Source: Entomortierella parvispora E1425
Taxonomy: Eukaryota > Fungi > Mortierellomycota
DNA: 64,000 nt
Assembly (NCBI GenBank): GCA_020891255.1
Contig: BQFW01000015.1
Span: forward strand, 2,232,001 to 2,296,000
Direction of reading: 5' to 3'
The first letter of the stretch is position 1. Each line of letters starts with the position of its first letter. Below, piece after piece: positions 24,350-35,500 of the stretch. The notes under the pieces were generated by a model. That model searched no databases. It was not told where the DNA came from and worked only from the letters and a program-made list of their open reading frames with translations. A program made the position numbers and the translations under genes.

Positions 24350-25924
24350 ATGTATACTCCAAGCCTGAGCAGCGCAGCTTCCATGCTGTTGCTCCTCTCC
24401 ACCTCTACATCCTACTTTGCCCAGGCTGCCGTTATCCCATCGCATTTTGCAGAGGTCCAACATGGCACCACCTCTGCAACCTCCCCCACGGCTACTCTGC
24501 TCGCTTGTCTAAAGCCATTGGGTTCCAAGGTCTTGACCAGCAGCAGCCCTAATTACAATCAAGAACGCTACGGTTTCGATCTGCGTTACAACTACTTGCC
24601 CCAGGTCATTGTCATGGCCACAACCGTGCCTGATGTCCAGACTGCCACCAAGTGCGCTACTGATTCCGGGGTTGCCATCGCCCCTCGATCTGGTGGTCAC
24701 TCCTTTGAAGGTTACAGTATCGGAGGCGAGAATGGCTCCATGGTCATTGATCTCACTGGCTTTAACCACGTCTCTGTCTCGGCAAGTGGAGTCGCCAAGG
24801 TTGGTGCCGGCATGCGCCTGGGTCCATTGTACTTGGAGTTGTTCAAGCAGGGCGGTTGGACCCTGAATGCCGGAACTTGTCCCTCGGTCGGAGTTGGTGG
24901 CCACACTCTCGGTGGCGGCTTTGGACTCTTGGGTCGAAAGCACGGTCTCTTGATCGACAGCATTGTCGAGATCCAGTTTATCAACGCTCAAGGAGAGCTG
25001 CTCATCGCTGACGCCAACAACAACAAGGATCTGTTCTATGCCCTCCGAGGCGCCGGTGGTGGATCCTATGGTGTGGTTACTCAATTTACCTACCAGGCCG
25101 TGAAGCCTTCTTCGACAGTGACCTCTTACACCTATGACTGGGATCTCAAAGACTACAAGGGAGTCCTTCGAGCCTATGTTGACTTCCAGGTCAACGCTTC
25201 TCGTGATGTTGGCGTTGAGATGAACGTTGGTCCTGATGGCCTGGAAATGTATGGTCTTTTTGAGGGTACCAAGGCCCAGCAGGCCGAGGCCATGAAGGGT
25301 TTCTTGAGCAAGGCCCCCAAGCCCAAGAGGTCGGATGTCCGTGTAGGCCGTCACATCGATGCTCAACTTCGATTCTCTTACATTGCTGGAAATCCCACGA
25401 ATATCGAGGCCCTTTCTTTGACGGGCAAGTACAAGCCCGGAGATTCGCGTTACACCAAGGGCAAGTCGCTAGTCTACCCAGAGCCTCTCAAGGACTCGAC
25501 CATTGAGCTCCTGGGCAAGTGGGGAGCCATCACCCCCAAGGGTTCGACTGCCAACTACATCATTGTTGATATCTGGGGCGGTGCTGTATCGGATGTGTCA
25601 GCCGATGCCACTGCCTTCATTCATAGAAATGCCCATTCGGTCTTTGAGTTTGTGGCCGAGTGGAACGAGGACCCGAACGCTAAGCCTGGCATCCCGGATT
25701 GCAAAGATTGCCTAGCTTGGATGAAGAACATGTACGCCGAGTTCTTGGATGACTTCAAGGCCAACTATGGTCCTGTCCGTGGATACCAGAACTACATCGA
25801 CAAGGAGCTTACCAACTGGGAAGATGCGTACTACGGTGATGCCTTTTCAAGGCTGAAGCAGATCAAAAAAGCCGTGGACCCTGGAAACACTTTCCGTTTC
25901 CCTCAGAGCATCCCTCTTCCCTAA
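24350..25924 (+). CDS. Secreted BBE-like FAD oxidoreductase (AA7-like), copy 2
   Basis: The start at MYTPSLSS is chosen by homology to copy 1 and the TATA position. Same His/Cys bicovalent FAD motifs and GYQNYID. Confidence 0.9.
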   Translation: MYTPSLSSAASMLLLLSTSTSYFAQAAVIPSHFAEVQHGTTSATSPTATLLACLKPLGSKVLTSSSPNYNQERYGFDLRYNYLPQVIVMATTVPDVQTATKCATDSGVAIAPRSGGHSFEGYSIGGENGSMVIDLTGFNHVSVSASGVAKVGAGMRLGPLYLELFKQGGWTLNAGTCPSVGVGGHTLGGGFGLLGRKHGLLIDSIVEIQFINAQGELLIADANNNKDLFYALRGAGGGSYGVVTQFTYQAVKPSSTVTSYTYDWDLKDYKGVLRAYVDFQVNASRDVGVEMNVGPDGLEMYGLFEGTKAQQAEAMKGFLSKAPKPKRSDVRVGRHIDAQLRFSYIAGNPTNIEALSLTGKYKPGDSRYTKGKSLVYPEPLKDSTIELLGKWGAITPKGSTANYIIVDIWGGAVSDVSADATAFIHRNAHSVFEFVAEWNEDPNAKPGIPDCKDCLAWMKNMYAEFLDDFKANYGPVRGYQNYIDKELTNWEDAYYGDAFSRLKQIKKAVDPGNTFRFPQSIPLP

Positions 25925-26231
25925 AGGTTGAAGGGACCCCGCTACCCACTTTTTCATTTTGTACATACCTCTTCTATCTAACTGTCATATCACTGCATTA
26001 AAGTCAACTTGCTACCGATCTTTTTTTCTTAACGTGCCCAAACGTCTCTTTGATCTTCACAAGGGGGTCTCCACCGGGTGGCAGTATCAACTGGTCTTGA
26101 CCTGTGGCTGGGTCTCCTGCAGGCGGGACAAGTTCTCCTTGCCACCGTCTCGTCTCTGGGCTTTTTTTCTCTTTTAGTCCTTCCTTTTTCCTGGACACAA
26201 TCATCAAGCCCCCTCAATCTAGCAACAGATC

Positions 26232-27788
26232 ATGGCGACAATGCTTTCCCTCCTTGGCTCTTTTCTCTTTTATTTGGCCCTGGCCAGGCTAACTACTCAA
26301 CATCTCGTCGTGGACAAAGCAGGCACTGCCCATTCCATGTCTGCCAAATCTGCTCTCCTTGCCTGTCTTGAGCCGTTGGGTTCCAAAGTCTTGACGATGC
26401 ATAGTCCTGAATATAGTCAGGAGCGGCTCGATTACAATCCTCGGTTTGACTATCGGCCCTTGGTGATTGTCATGGCTGCCAGTGCGTCGGATGTACAATT
26501 CTCAACAAAGTGCGCTACTGAAGCAAAGGTTGCTGTCGCTCCTCGTTCAGGGGGTCATTCGTATGAGGGGTATAGCATTGGTGGCCAAAACGGGTCTCTT
26601 GTCATTGACCTCGGAGGCTTTACAGCAGTGACAGTCTCGACCAACGGACTTGCCAAGGTCGGTGCCGGCATTCGACTTGGTCCATTGTACCTTGAATTGT
26701 ATAACCAAGGCGGCTGGACCATCAACGCAGGAACATGTCCCTCGGTGGGTGTTGGAGGTATAGCTCTTGGCGGTGGATTTGGGCTCTTGAGTCGTAAATA
26801 TGGTCTCTTGTTGGACAGGATCACCGAGATGCAGGTGGTCAATGCCATGGGCGAACTGCTCACAGTTTCAGCTACAAGTGATCCCGATTTGTTTTTTGCC
26901 CTCCGAGGCGCTGGTGGCGGATCCTTTGGGGTTGTCATCGAGTTTACACTCCAAGCCATTAGGCCGGCTCCTGTTGCCACCTCCTTCACCTACAACTGGC
27001 CAAATGCGATGTACCTGGAGGTATTTCGAGCCTTCATCGACACTCAGCAACAAGCCCTTCGAGATGTGGGGGTAGGAATTAACATCAGTCCCGCAGGCTT
27101 GATGATGTACGGCCTTTTTGACGGTGTAGAGTCGAAGCAGTCTGAGGCTATGAAACAGTTCCTGGAAAAGGTCCCATCACCTACCAACAGAGATGTTCGT
27201 GAGGGTCGAGTCATTGATTCTCAGCTTCGGTTTGCGTACCTGTCTGGGAATCCCAAGGATATCAATGCCTTGTCCTTGCAAGGAGGATTCAAAGCAGCTG
27301 CCCCGAGACCCACCAAGGGTAAGTCACTGGTCTACTCGAAGCCCCTGTTGAACTCCACCATCAAGCTGCTAGGAAAATGGGGGTCTGTTAGTCCTAAGGG
27401 CTCCGCTGCAACCTACATTATTATCGATATTTGGGGTGGAGCTATTGCAGATGTGCCCGTGAAGGAAACTGCTTTCATTCACCGAGGTGCCTCCGCGGGC
27501 ATTGAGTTTGTGGCCGAGTGGATAGCGGATGCCAACCAGTCGGCAGACACCAAGGACTACGTGGAATGTTTCAAGTGGATAAACGACGCGTATGCAGAGT
27601 TCTTGGAGGACTTTAGAGCCAACTACGGACCTGTGCGCGGATACCAGAACTATATCGACAAGGACATCCCGGACTGGCAGGATGCCTACTATGGCGAGGC
27701 ATTGACGAAGCTCAAGCAGATCAAGAGAGCAGTAGACCCTTCGAACACGTTCCGCTTTCCACAGAGCATTCCTCTTGCCCACCCGTAG
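26232..27788 (+). CDS. Secreted BBE-like FAD oxidoreductase (AA7-like), copy 3
   Basis: Signal peptide; PRSGGHSYEG; AGTCPSVGVGGIALGGG; GYQNYID..FRFPQSI. Confidence 0.9.
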   Translation: MATMLSLLGSFLFYLALARLTTQHLVVDKAGTAHSMSAKSALLACLEPLGSKVLTMHSPEYSQERLDYNPRFDYRPLVIVMAASASDVQFSTKCATEAKVAVAPRSGGHSYEGYSIGGQNGSLVIDLGGFTAVTVSTNGLAKVGAGIRLGPLYLELYNQGGWTINAGTCPSVGVGGIALGGGFGLLSRKYGLLLDRITEMQVVNAMGELLTVSATSDPDLFFALRGAGGGSFGVVIEFTLQAIRPAPVATSFTYNWPNAMYLEVFRAFIDTQQQALRDVGVGINISPAGLMMYGLFDGVESKQSEAMKQFLEKVPSPTNRDVREGRVIDSQLRFAYLSGNPKDINALSLQGGFKAAAPRPTKGKSLVYSKPLLNSTIKLLGKWGSVSPKGSAATYIIIDIWGGAIADVPVKETAFIHRGASAGIEFVAEWIADANQSADTKDYVECFKWINDAYAEFLEDFRANYGPVRGYQNYIDKDIPDWQDAYYGEALTKLKQIKRAVDPSNTFRFPQSIPLAHP

Positions 27789-27925
27789 AGAGACAAAAAT
27801 AAACTCATGCCATATTGGTGGCGCATGGCTCGCCCTTTTTCCTTTCTTTGTCTCATTTCTTGCATTGCATTCCCTTGCATTGCATCTTCAACCTCGAGTC
27901 GAATAGGAACAGGACCCCTCCTCCC

Positions 27926-30385
27926 ATGACCGATGAAACTCTTTTACCGCCAGAGATCATTGCCATCATCGCATCTTTCCTCTCTCAATCGGATCTCGCG
28001 CAATGCATTGTTGTTTCAAAGGCATGGCACATCTGTTTCATTCCCATTCTCTGGCGACACCTGGGGGTCCATTCTCCAAAGACATTTAATCATTTCCAGC
28101 AGCTCTTGCCCTCATCCTCGACAACGCCATCTCTCAACTATGCAAAGCACATCCGCTCTCTGTCTATTCATTTCTCCAACTGGACCACACATATGCTCGG
28201 ACTTCTTATCGATTCGGCCTCGGACCTGACCTCTCTCGAGCTGCATCAGCCCCACCTCTTGTATCCAAAGTCCTCCATCAACGTTGCATATGGGAGCCGG
28301 CAGTCAAGGAATGACAAGGGCACGAGGGCCACTGAGAAGGACGACATGGATCTTCAGGCGTTGGATGTCTTGTTGAAGCGACTGCTAGCCAAAAACAAAT
28401 CATTGAGCACACTCCGTATGATTGGAATCGATACCCAGACCTTGGTGTCCAATGAGGTCCCAAGTCGTGCGCAGCCTCTTTTTCGCGCCATCTGCGACTT
28501 CAAGTGTCAGCTCACAGTAATTGATATCCAGGACCATAGTCAACACATCTCCAACCTCTCGCCTCGTCTCCTACGCCAGCTGTTGAGTTCAGTTTCAGAC
28601 ACAGTGGAAGAACTCTCGATCTCTCTCTCTGTTTCTGACCATGTGGATGAGAGCACATTATACCCAGGCAGGACTGTGGAGGGAAATGGAGAAGATAAAC
28701 CACTTTTAAGCACCTCTAGAAACTCAACAACTTTTCCCCTTCGAAAACTCTTGATCCGAGGAGCTATGAAAGGTTTTGGTCGATACATTTGGAACGACTA
28801 TTTGAAAGGGTGTCGCCGGGTCCGATCGTTGACCCTAGGATGGACCCGAGACGATCTAACTGATAATTCAACATGGATCTTGTCCTGTCTAAGTAAGTTT
28901 GTCAACCTGGAGGAACTGGATCTGGCAAGCTGGACCACTTTGGAAGATCACGAGATAGCAGCCTTTCTGCAAATACCCCATGGACTTGATTCGACTCGTG
29001 GACCTCTGGTGACAAGTTCTGGAAACTCTTTATCGATGAACAGGACTATGATGACAGGAACAGGGTTGCGCGTCTTGCGTGTTCCAGGAACAGATCGCTT
29101 TGGCACCAAATCGATTCAGTCTCTGCTACAACCTCACATCACTGGACATATCGAAAAGCTGAGTTTGATAGGATGCGGTGCGAACATTCGGTCTAGAATA
29201 TTGACTGAATTGCTTCGATCATGTCCCAAACTCGCATCCCTGGAGACAATGTGCCGATGGGAGAGTCCTAGGACCAGGAGTGTAAGGCTCTACGCCAAAT
29301 GGATGGATATGTCGTCAAGACCTTGGGCATGCACGAACCTCACCGTCCTCAAGTTGATGATTGTTGGGGTTCGAGGATCAACCCTGGCGCCTTCTTCATC
29401 ATCTGGAGCATCTCTCCAGGTAGCCAGTCAACATGGAGAGATGGAGTCTGGTTTGACCAGCGGCTTACTCGGAACAGGATATTCCCAGACATTCACTCGC
29501 ACAATGTCCTTGCAAGGCGACCAACGCATGCTACAAGAAAAATTAGCTGCAGAGTTAGAACGACATGTGTGTGCACAGCTGGGAGCACTAGTGCATTTGC
29601 AAGAGCTCTCCTTAGGCCTGCAGTTCAGAGAGACGTTCGGATCTTGGGATTACAACACCAATCAACCACAGTTCGACTTGGATCAGGTCCGAATGGATGA
29701 CGAGGAGCTCGATGAACCTGATAATGAGCCTAGTTCATTTGAAGGTGGCCCTGTACCTGATTTTTATAGTCAATATGTTAGCAAGGTCGAAACCTTGCAC
29801 GATTTCGAACTGGACTATTTTGAACGTGGTAACAAGACCGTTGACGAGGATGCAATCAACCACGAAGGATATTATAGTAATGAAAGCGATGACGAATACG
29901 ATGAGGAGGACAACGTTTGGGATGAGGAACCTCCACCGCCTTCCCCAGGGTTCCAGTCCTCGTCAGAGTGTCTTCATCTCTCCCTGGCACGTGGGGGTTT
30001 ACAGCTTCTCTCAGATCTGAAGCAACTTCGAATTCTCAATGTTCAGAGCATGGGGCATCGGATTCGGCTTCCAGAACTCATGTGGATGGTCTCCAATTGG
30101 CCTCGACTCCGTATTTTAGAGGGTCTGTTTGCATCTCAAGACCCGAACCCTGACTTGGACAAAGTTAATAATGGTCCCATGCAGCCTCAGAGACCGTCAG
30201 GGCATGTAGAGGGTATGTCCGATTCGGACTCGGACTCGAGTCACAGCCACCGGGCTTCTCTTCCCTCTTGGGACAGCCGATCAAACTCAAGAACTGAACG
30301 TTTCTACTGGTCGGCAGAGAGGCAAAAAATGGCAGAAGAATTCTTGAGGGAGACCTCCCCCAATCTTGTGCTGAAGCATTTCTGA
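27926..30385 (+). CDS. F-box protein with LRR-like (RNI-like) region and acidic insert
   Basis: N-terminal LLPPEIIAIIASFLSQSDLAQCIVVSKAWHICFIPILWR F-box; repeated LxxLxL segments; late LHLSL..GGLQLLSDLKQLRILNV..IRLPELMWMVSNWPRL block. First ATG at 27926. Confidence 0.8.
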   Translation: MTDETLLPPEIIAIIASFLSQSDLAQCIVVSKAWHICFIPILWRHLGVHSPKTFNHFQQLLPSSSTTPSLNYAKHIRSLSIHFSNWTTHMLGLLIDSASDLTSLELHQPHLLYPKSSINVAYGSRQSRNDKGTRATEKDDMDLQALDVLLKRLLAKNKSLSTLRMIGIDTQTLVSNEVPSRAQPLFRAICDFKCQLTVIDIQDHSQHISNLSPRLLRQLLSSVSDTVEELSISLSVSDHVDESTLYPGRTVEGNGEDKPLLSTSRNSTTFPLRKLLIRGAMKGFGRYIWNDYLKGCRRVRSLTLGWTRDDLTDNSTWILSCLSKFVNLEELDLASWTTLEDHEIAAFLQIPHGLDSTRGPLVTSSGNSLSMNRTMMTGTGLRVLRVPGTDRFGTKSIQSLLQPHITGHIEKLSLIGCGANIRSRILTELLRSCPKLASLETMCRWESPRTRSVRLYAKWMDMSSRPWACTNLTVLKLMIVGVRGSTLAPSSSSGASLQVASQHGEMESGLTSGLLGTGYSQTFTRTMSLQGDQRMLQEKLAAELERHVCAQLGALVHLQELSLGLQFRETFGSWDYNTNQPQFDLDQVRMDDEELDEPDNEPSSFEGGPVPDFYSQYVSKVETLHDFELDYFERGNKTVDEDAINHEGYYSNESDDEYDEEDNVWDEEPPPPSPGFQSSSECLHLSLARGGLQLLSDLKQLRILNVQSMGHRIRLPELMWMVSNWPRLRILEGLFASQDPNPDLDKVNNGPMQPQRPSGHVEGMSDSDSDSSHSHRASLPSWDSRSNSRTERFYWSAERQKMAEEFLRETSPNLVLKHF

Positions 30386-31189
30386 CAAGCTGTTAAGAAA
30401 ATAAAAGAGGGTGCCTTTTTGTCCTTGGGCACCACGAAAGAAAAAAAGGGAAAGAAACAACGTGCTATGTTTATTACCAAACGCGTCTTGGGCGCAAGGG
30501 CAAACGAAGTGGAGAGTGAATTTTCAGTTTGGTTGGGTAAATTCGTTGTGATACCTTTTGTTGACAGGGTGTTTTTTGTTGTTGTTGATCCTTTGCAGAT
30601 ACGTTATCTCGCATAGATAGGAACATGTAAACAGCCAATCGTGATGGCTGCAGTGAGCCATGGGGCAGATCGATTCAATGGCTGGTGCAGCGGGAAGTCG
30701 GAGGGGCTTTCTTTTTTTTTGGTTTGGATTTTTCTTTTTGTTGCCTGCGCACTGGAGGAATGGGAAGAGAGGGAAGAGTTAGCAGTATTTTGGTTCAGAG
30801 AGGAGAGGAAGTGCGTGTGTAGTCGCAGGCACAGAGAGGGGTGTTTGTTGTGCGTGGGACCAGAGGGTCATTGACTAACCAAAGAATGTGTCAGTGAGCA
30901 GCAAGCTTGTTCCCACACGAATCCTGGGGGGAAGACAGCAGGGAGAATAATGCGGGCCATTTGGGTCAATTCAGGCGTCAGGGTTCAAGACGGGAGTCAT
31001 CGCAGGGCGGTCGCGGCAGCGGGCAGTGGCTGGCAGAACGAGGGTGGCTGACTGACACTGACTGGCTGACACATACGCACCCGAAAGCGGCAATGGGGAT
31101 CCTCTTCCTCCCTCGGGTTCCAGCTTCCCGCCCCGCAAAACTCAGACCCCGACCCGCGAACGGACCAATCGATGCCATCATTTTGAGGC

Positions 31190-31196
31190 TATAAAA
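31190..31196 (+). promoter_or_regulatory. TATA box, with CCAAT about 25 nt upstream, for the DUF3605 gene
   Basis: TATAAAA followed by a pyrimidine-rich leader. Confidence 0.5.
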
Positions 31197-31462
31197 ACGA
31201 CCGCGGATTGTCGCTTTATTTTCTTTCTGTTTTTTTCCTTTTCGTCATAACAGTTCAAAACACCCCATCCTTCCTTCTTTGTTGCTTTGCTTCTTTACTT
31301 TTCTCTTTTTTCTTTTCTCTTTTTTCTTTTCTTTCTTTCTGTATCTTTTCTTTGTAATTCTACAGTCTCTCTCCCTTTTCTCGGCAGATCACTCCACTGA
31401 GATCAACAAAAAAACAAAAAAACAAACATATCCCCACACTCACTACATCTCGTATCAAGAGC

Positions 31463-32284
31463 ATGCCGATTGAAAACAAAAAGGATCTGTCGCCGCAAGA
31501 CGTTCTTACGATGGAGGAATACAGCAAGACACAGCCACAACCCCCCCAGCGGAAACGAACTCTTTCCCCCATCGACACCTCCTCTTCTGCTCTCCCTGAC
31601 CCCTCCACCTCCTTTCCAAATAAGCGCAGTGGCAGCGGCCATACACCCTCGCCAACGAAAAAACCCCTTGTCTTCAAACAACCCACAAAGCACGAGTTTA
31701 CCTGGTCAGAGCTCTCTCGCCTGGTCGCCTCCAAGGACCTTAAGCCCATGGGACGCTCCGAGGCCGTCCAAACAGCGTACCAGCGAGCCATCAAGAGGCG
31801 CACCAAAAAGTACGGTTCCCCCGACGAATATATCCGCCAGAGAATCCTTCACTGGCCGCCCGCAGAAAAAAACGACTCTGAAGAGTATCCTCCCTCGGAT
31901 GGAAACGAGTCCTCGGGCTCCTGCTCCTCCATCTCCCCACCTTCTTCACCCACAGGGCCTGTGGATCCTTTGGAGGTGACGTTGAAGAAGAACGAGTTCC
32001 CCTACTCGGTCAAGAAGGGCATTGAACACTGGCTGATCTGGTCAAGACACCCATTGACGGATGAGGTCTGGATCCGGAGGTATCTGGAGGAGAGACTGCC
32101 CGGCAGGGATTATCTCTTCTTCATTAACCCACCAGAGCTGAGGAGTGTACCCTCCATCTTCCACGTCCAGGTGTTCACAAAAGGCGAGGGTGAGGTCCTA
32201 GATGAGGAGGACATGGAGAACAAGAAGGAGGAGCAGGAGGCGGCTACTGCCGCAAAAGCCGAGGGCGAGACGATACGCCACTGA
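31463..32284 (+). CDS. DUF3605 family protein (GlcNAc-induced Gig1 / Htc1-like, HIT-related)
   Basis: WSEL..LV....L..MGRS..V...Y; LKKNEFPYSVKKGIEHWLIWS; FFINPPELRSVPSIFHVQVF. Confidence 0.75.
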   Translation: MPIENKKDLSPQDVLTMEEYSKTQPQPPQRKRTLSPIDTSSSALPDPSTSFPNKRSGSGHTPSPTKKPLVFKQPTKHEFTWSELSRLVASKDLKPMGRSEAVQTAYQRAIKRRTKKYGSPDEYIRQRILHWPPAEKNDSEEYPPSDGNESSGSCSSISPPSSPTGPVDPLEVTLKKNEFPYSVKKGIEHWLIWSRHPLTDEVWIRRYLEERLPGRDYLFFINPPELRSVPSIFHVQVFTKGEGEVLDEEDMENKKEEQEAATAAKAEGETIRH

Positions 32285-32502
32285 ACTGTGAACCTCTAGA
32301 TGAGTATCACATAGAACCACTCTTTCTCGCATATCCCCCTTTCCCTTCCTTCTTGCTATGTATCGAAGGGATTAAAAAAAAGAAACAAAAACGATCTGGT
32401 TGACTGACGTGCTGCACCCTTGAAAAATGAATGCCACGCTTTTCGGAATAAGGGAGAGAGAGGCATTGGAGGGTCGATTGTTCCCCCTAAAAACGGGTTG
32501 TC

Positions 32503-35500
32503 ATGGCCGACACTGCTCTCTTTCGTTCCATTTCACGTCTACATTCACCATTGCTTTCCATTCCCTCTCATTGCTTGCCCTCATTGCTTCCCATTACCGG
32601 CTCATTGTTCAACTCACCCGCAAAGGACAGGCACACACAGACAAGCGACTGCGGGAAAGCGTCTTCTTTTTGTTCTTTCAACCCCAGTCAGCGAAGCAAA
32701 CCTTGGCGCCACCGCGTTTGCATTACATCACCGACCAGGGCTCTCTTCCTTCTTACTGCTTGTCATCCACTGGAGAGTGGAGGCGCTGACATCGACTCGT
32801 CAGAGATAAAGACCTGGGCTCACGATCTAGCCTTGCCTGTCAGTACTGCTGTGCTACCAGCGAGGAGAACACAGAAGCAGACAATCATGATAATGACAAA
32901 GACGGCGGCGAAAGGGATCATCATCCCTCCTCCGGGAAGACAACGCCCGCCGCTTCTTCTCTCGTCGACCATGATGGCCGGCGCGGGTGCGGTGGCGGTT
33001 ATAGCGGTGCTTATAGCCTGCACAGGCATGGCAGGGATTACAGCAGCGTACCTCTGGAAAGGCACAAAGATCATGATCCTCACCGTGGCGGTTCTGATGG
33101 CGACGCTGATTCTGACAGGATTGATCTTGGCCTTGGCGCTTGTGTTGGCACTGATGCTGACGCCGGAGAGCACGGCTGGCCACACCCACCACAGCAGAAC
33201 CAAGGACGTCCCCCCAAATGATACTCGAACCAAGACCCGTCCACACGACCTCAGCGCCTGTGGCAACCCTAAAATCCAGTCCAAGACAGTCTCGTCTGAG
33301 ATGCCGACGACCCTGGACCTGTACACAGATCCCAGCGACTCTGGTTCTTCGGGCCGTGAAAAAGTGTGGCTAGGGCTGCAAGGTCTTGCACAGTCCCCCG
33401 ATGCTGTGCCACTGCAGCGACACGTGGTTGATTCAGAGTCCAGCACGAGCAGGGTCCTGTCCTCACCCCACCACGACGCATCCCAACCAAAAGAGGCGCT
33501 GAAAAAGGAGACAAAGGAGGAGGAACAGACGACGACACCCCCTCTCTCCTCGTCCTGGCTCTTGTCATTGTCTCTGCCCACGCCTCAATCCTGGGCCGTG
33601 ACACGGTCCTACTACGCCAGAATGTGGGAGCGCACGCGGGCGCGTATCCATCAATGCTATCGTTACCGATCGTCGCCGTCCTCCCAGGACTGGACCCATC
33701 CACCTCAACCCTACAACCACAGATACAGCCTCTTCTGCAATCATCTGTCCTCGCCTGTTGTTTCCACGACAACCAACACTGTCAGCAATGGCACCCTTGG
33801 ATCTGGAAATGACAAGCTCCCTTCTGCGCCTCATGTCGATCTGTCCTATGTTGGATGGACATCTCCTCAAGAGAATCCAACCCCATGGTCTTCCATCTTG
33901 TCAGCTATTTCATGTTCACGGCCACCCAGAAGGGTTATGTGGGGTTTGGCTTTGTTCTTCTTGGTGACTGTCACCACCGCCGAAACGACAACAGCCTCCT
34001 CCCAGAGCGAGGGGACAGAGACGACGAAATTAGGCCCCTTGAGTCCATTCAAGCCCTCTGCAGATCAGTTGGAGCCTCTGGTCGCAGGTGTACCCCCACC
34101 TCCTCGTTATTCTGACACAGGAACGAGTCATACCTCTGAAGAAGAGGCTGCGTACATTGAGCGATTGGAAAGGCAGCGCTATGAACGACAGGGATCTTTT
34201 TATTTGGAACTCATGCCAGAGGATCTGGAACGACTCGCTGCTTCTCAAAAGATGCCTGGAGGGAAAACCCGATACTCAAAGGAACCGTTGCCATGGGAGG
34301 TGTTGGGTCTAGACGAGGATGAAGAGGACATGGACAGTGATGATACCTTACAAACGGATGAGCTCTCCAGTCCGGATTGGTCCTCTCCCTGGGGTGGGGC
34401 ATTTCGCTATGAGGCGTTGGATGACATGGAGGATGAAGACGACTATTACGACGACGAAAAGCAAAAGTTGATCAAGAGCAATCGACAAAAACAACGAAGT
34501 CGAGTCGTGTCCCCAAAGGATCAGGCGAGTCAAAAAGCGTTCACGGCCGACAACAACGATGGATCAAGCACTGTGGACGATGAAACGGGCGTGGTGGTGG
34601 GGGATGGAGATGGCCCCATCACACGACTCGAGCTGACGACTGAGGATGCACCAGTGGAGGTCACTCAAGAACTCAAGATGGAGGAAGTGGATTCTTCCGG
34701 TACGGATATGCCTTCGAGTGAGAAGGATCCGAATGTCAAGGAGGGCTTTGAGGAACTGATCGTCCCACAGATCTGGAATGCCGAGGGTGTTTCCCAAAAA
34801 GGACCCAGTGGTACTCAGGAGTATATTGAGACGACCAGCATTGTGTCCTCGCCTTCATCGTCATCACCTCCATCGGACGCTGCTGCTTTTGAAAGAACAG
34901 AGAATGAAGAGTCAGAGTCGGAGGCGGGATTTATTCGACCCAAGTTGGATCAAATCGATTATTTGGGACACGAAGCCGAAATCGATTGGCTGAATGAGCA
35001 GTATCTTATTCAAAAGGCATGGAAGGCGAAACATCGCAAGAACTGGAAGGAGGACGAGGACGATGAAGAAGAGGACGAAGAGGAGGACGAGGATGAGGAG
35101 GATGAAGAGGAGGAAGACGAGGACAAAGACGAGGACAGCGACGAGTCATACGAGGAAGAAGAGGAAGACGAGGATGAAGAACGTCTAAATGTAAAATCTA
35201 TCGAAGACATGTTTAAAGACCACATGTATGACCTGGAGCATGGTAAGTAGCTGCTACTGCTGCAACTATGGCACTCTTGCATGGTCTAAGCTTACATGCA
35301 TTTGCATTTTTTTTTTTTTAAAAAAAAAAGGCGGTCTGCATTCATTTCACCTCAATCTCCACAGAAAACAAGCAAGACCGAATCGGGCGCGTATTGAGAA
35401 GCAGGACATTGACGTTGACGGCACTCTGACACCAAAGGCACACTCAGCCCTGCCGCATAGCCGTATTGTCTTTCCTTCATCCGCAAACGATTCAGACTCC

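Noticed and set aside
21764-27788. Intronless oxidases taken as evidence of recent bacterial transfer
   Set aside because: RTG2, the F-box gene, DUF3605 and the GNAT are intronless too, so absence of introns carries little weight here. A phylogeny is needed.
32887-33180. Two predicted TM helices in the 915-aa ORF
   Set aside because: Not accepted as real: probably the +1 shadow of an Asp/Gly/His-rich frame (see finding).
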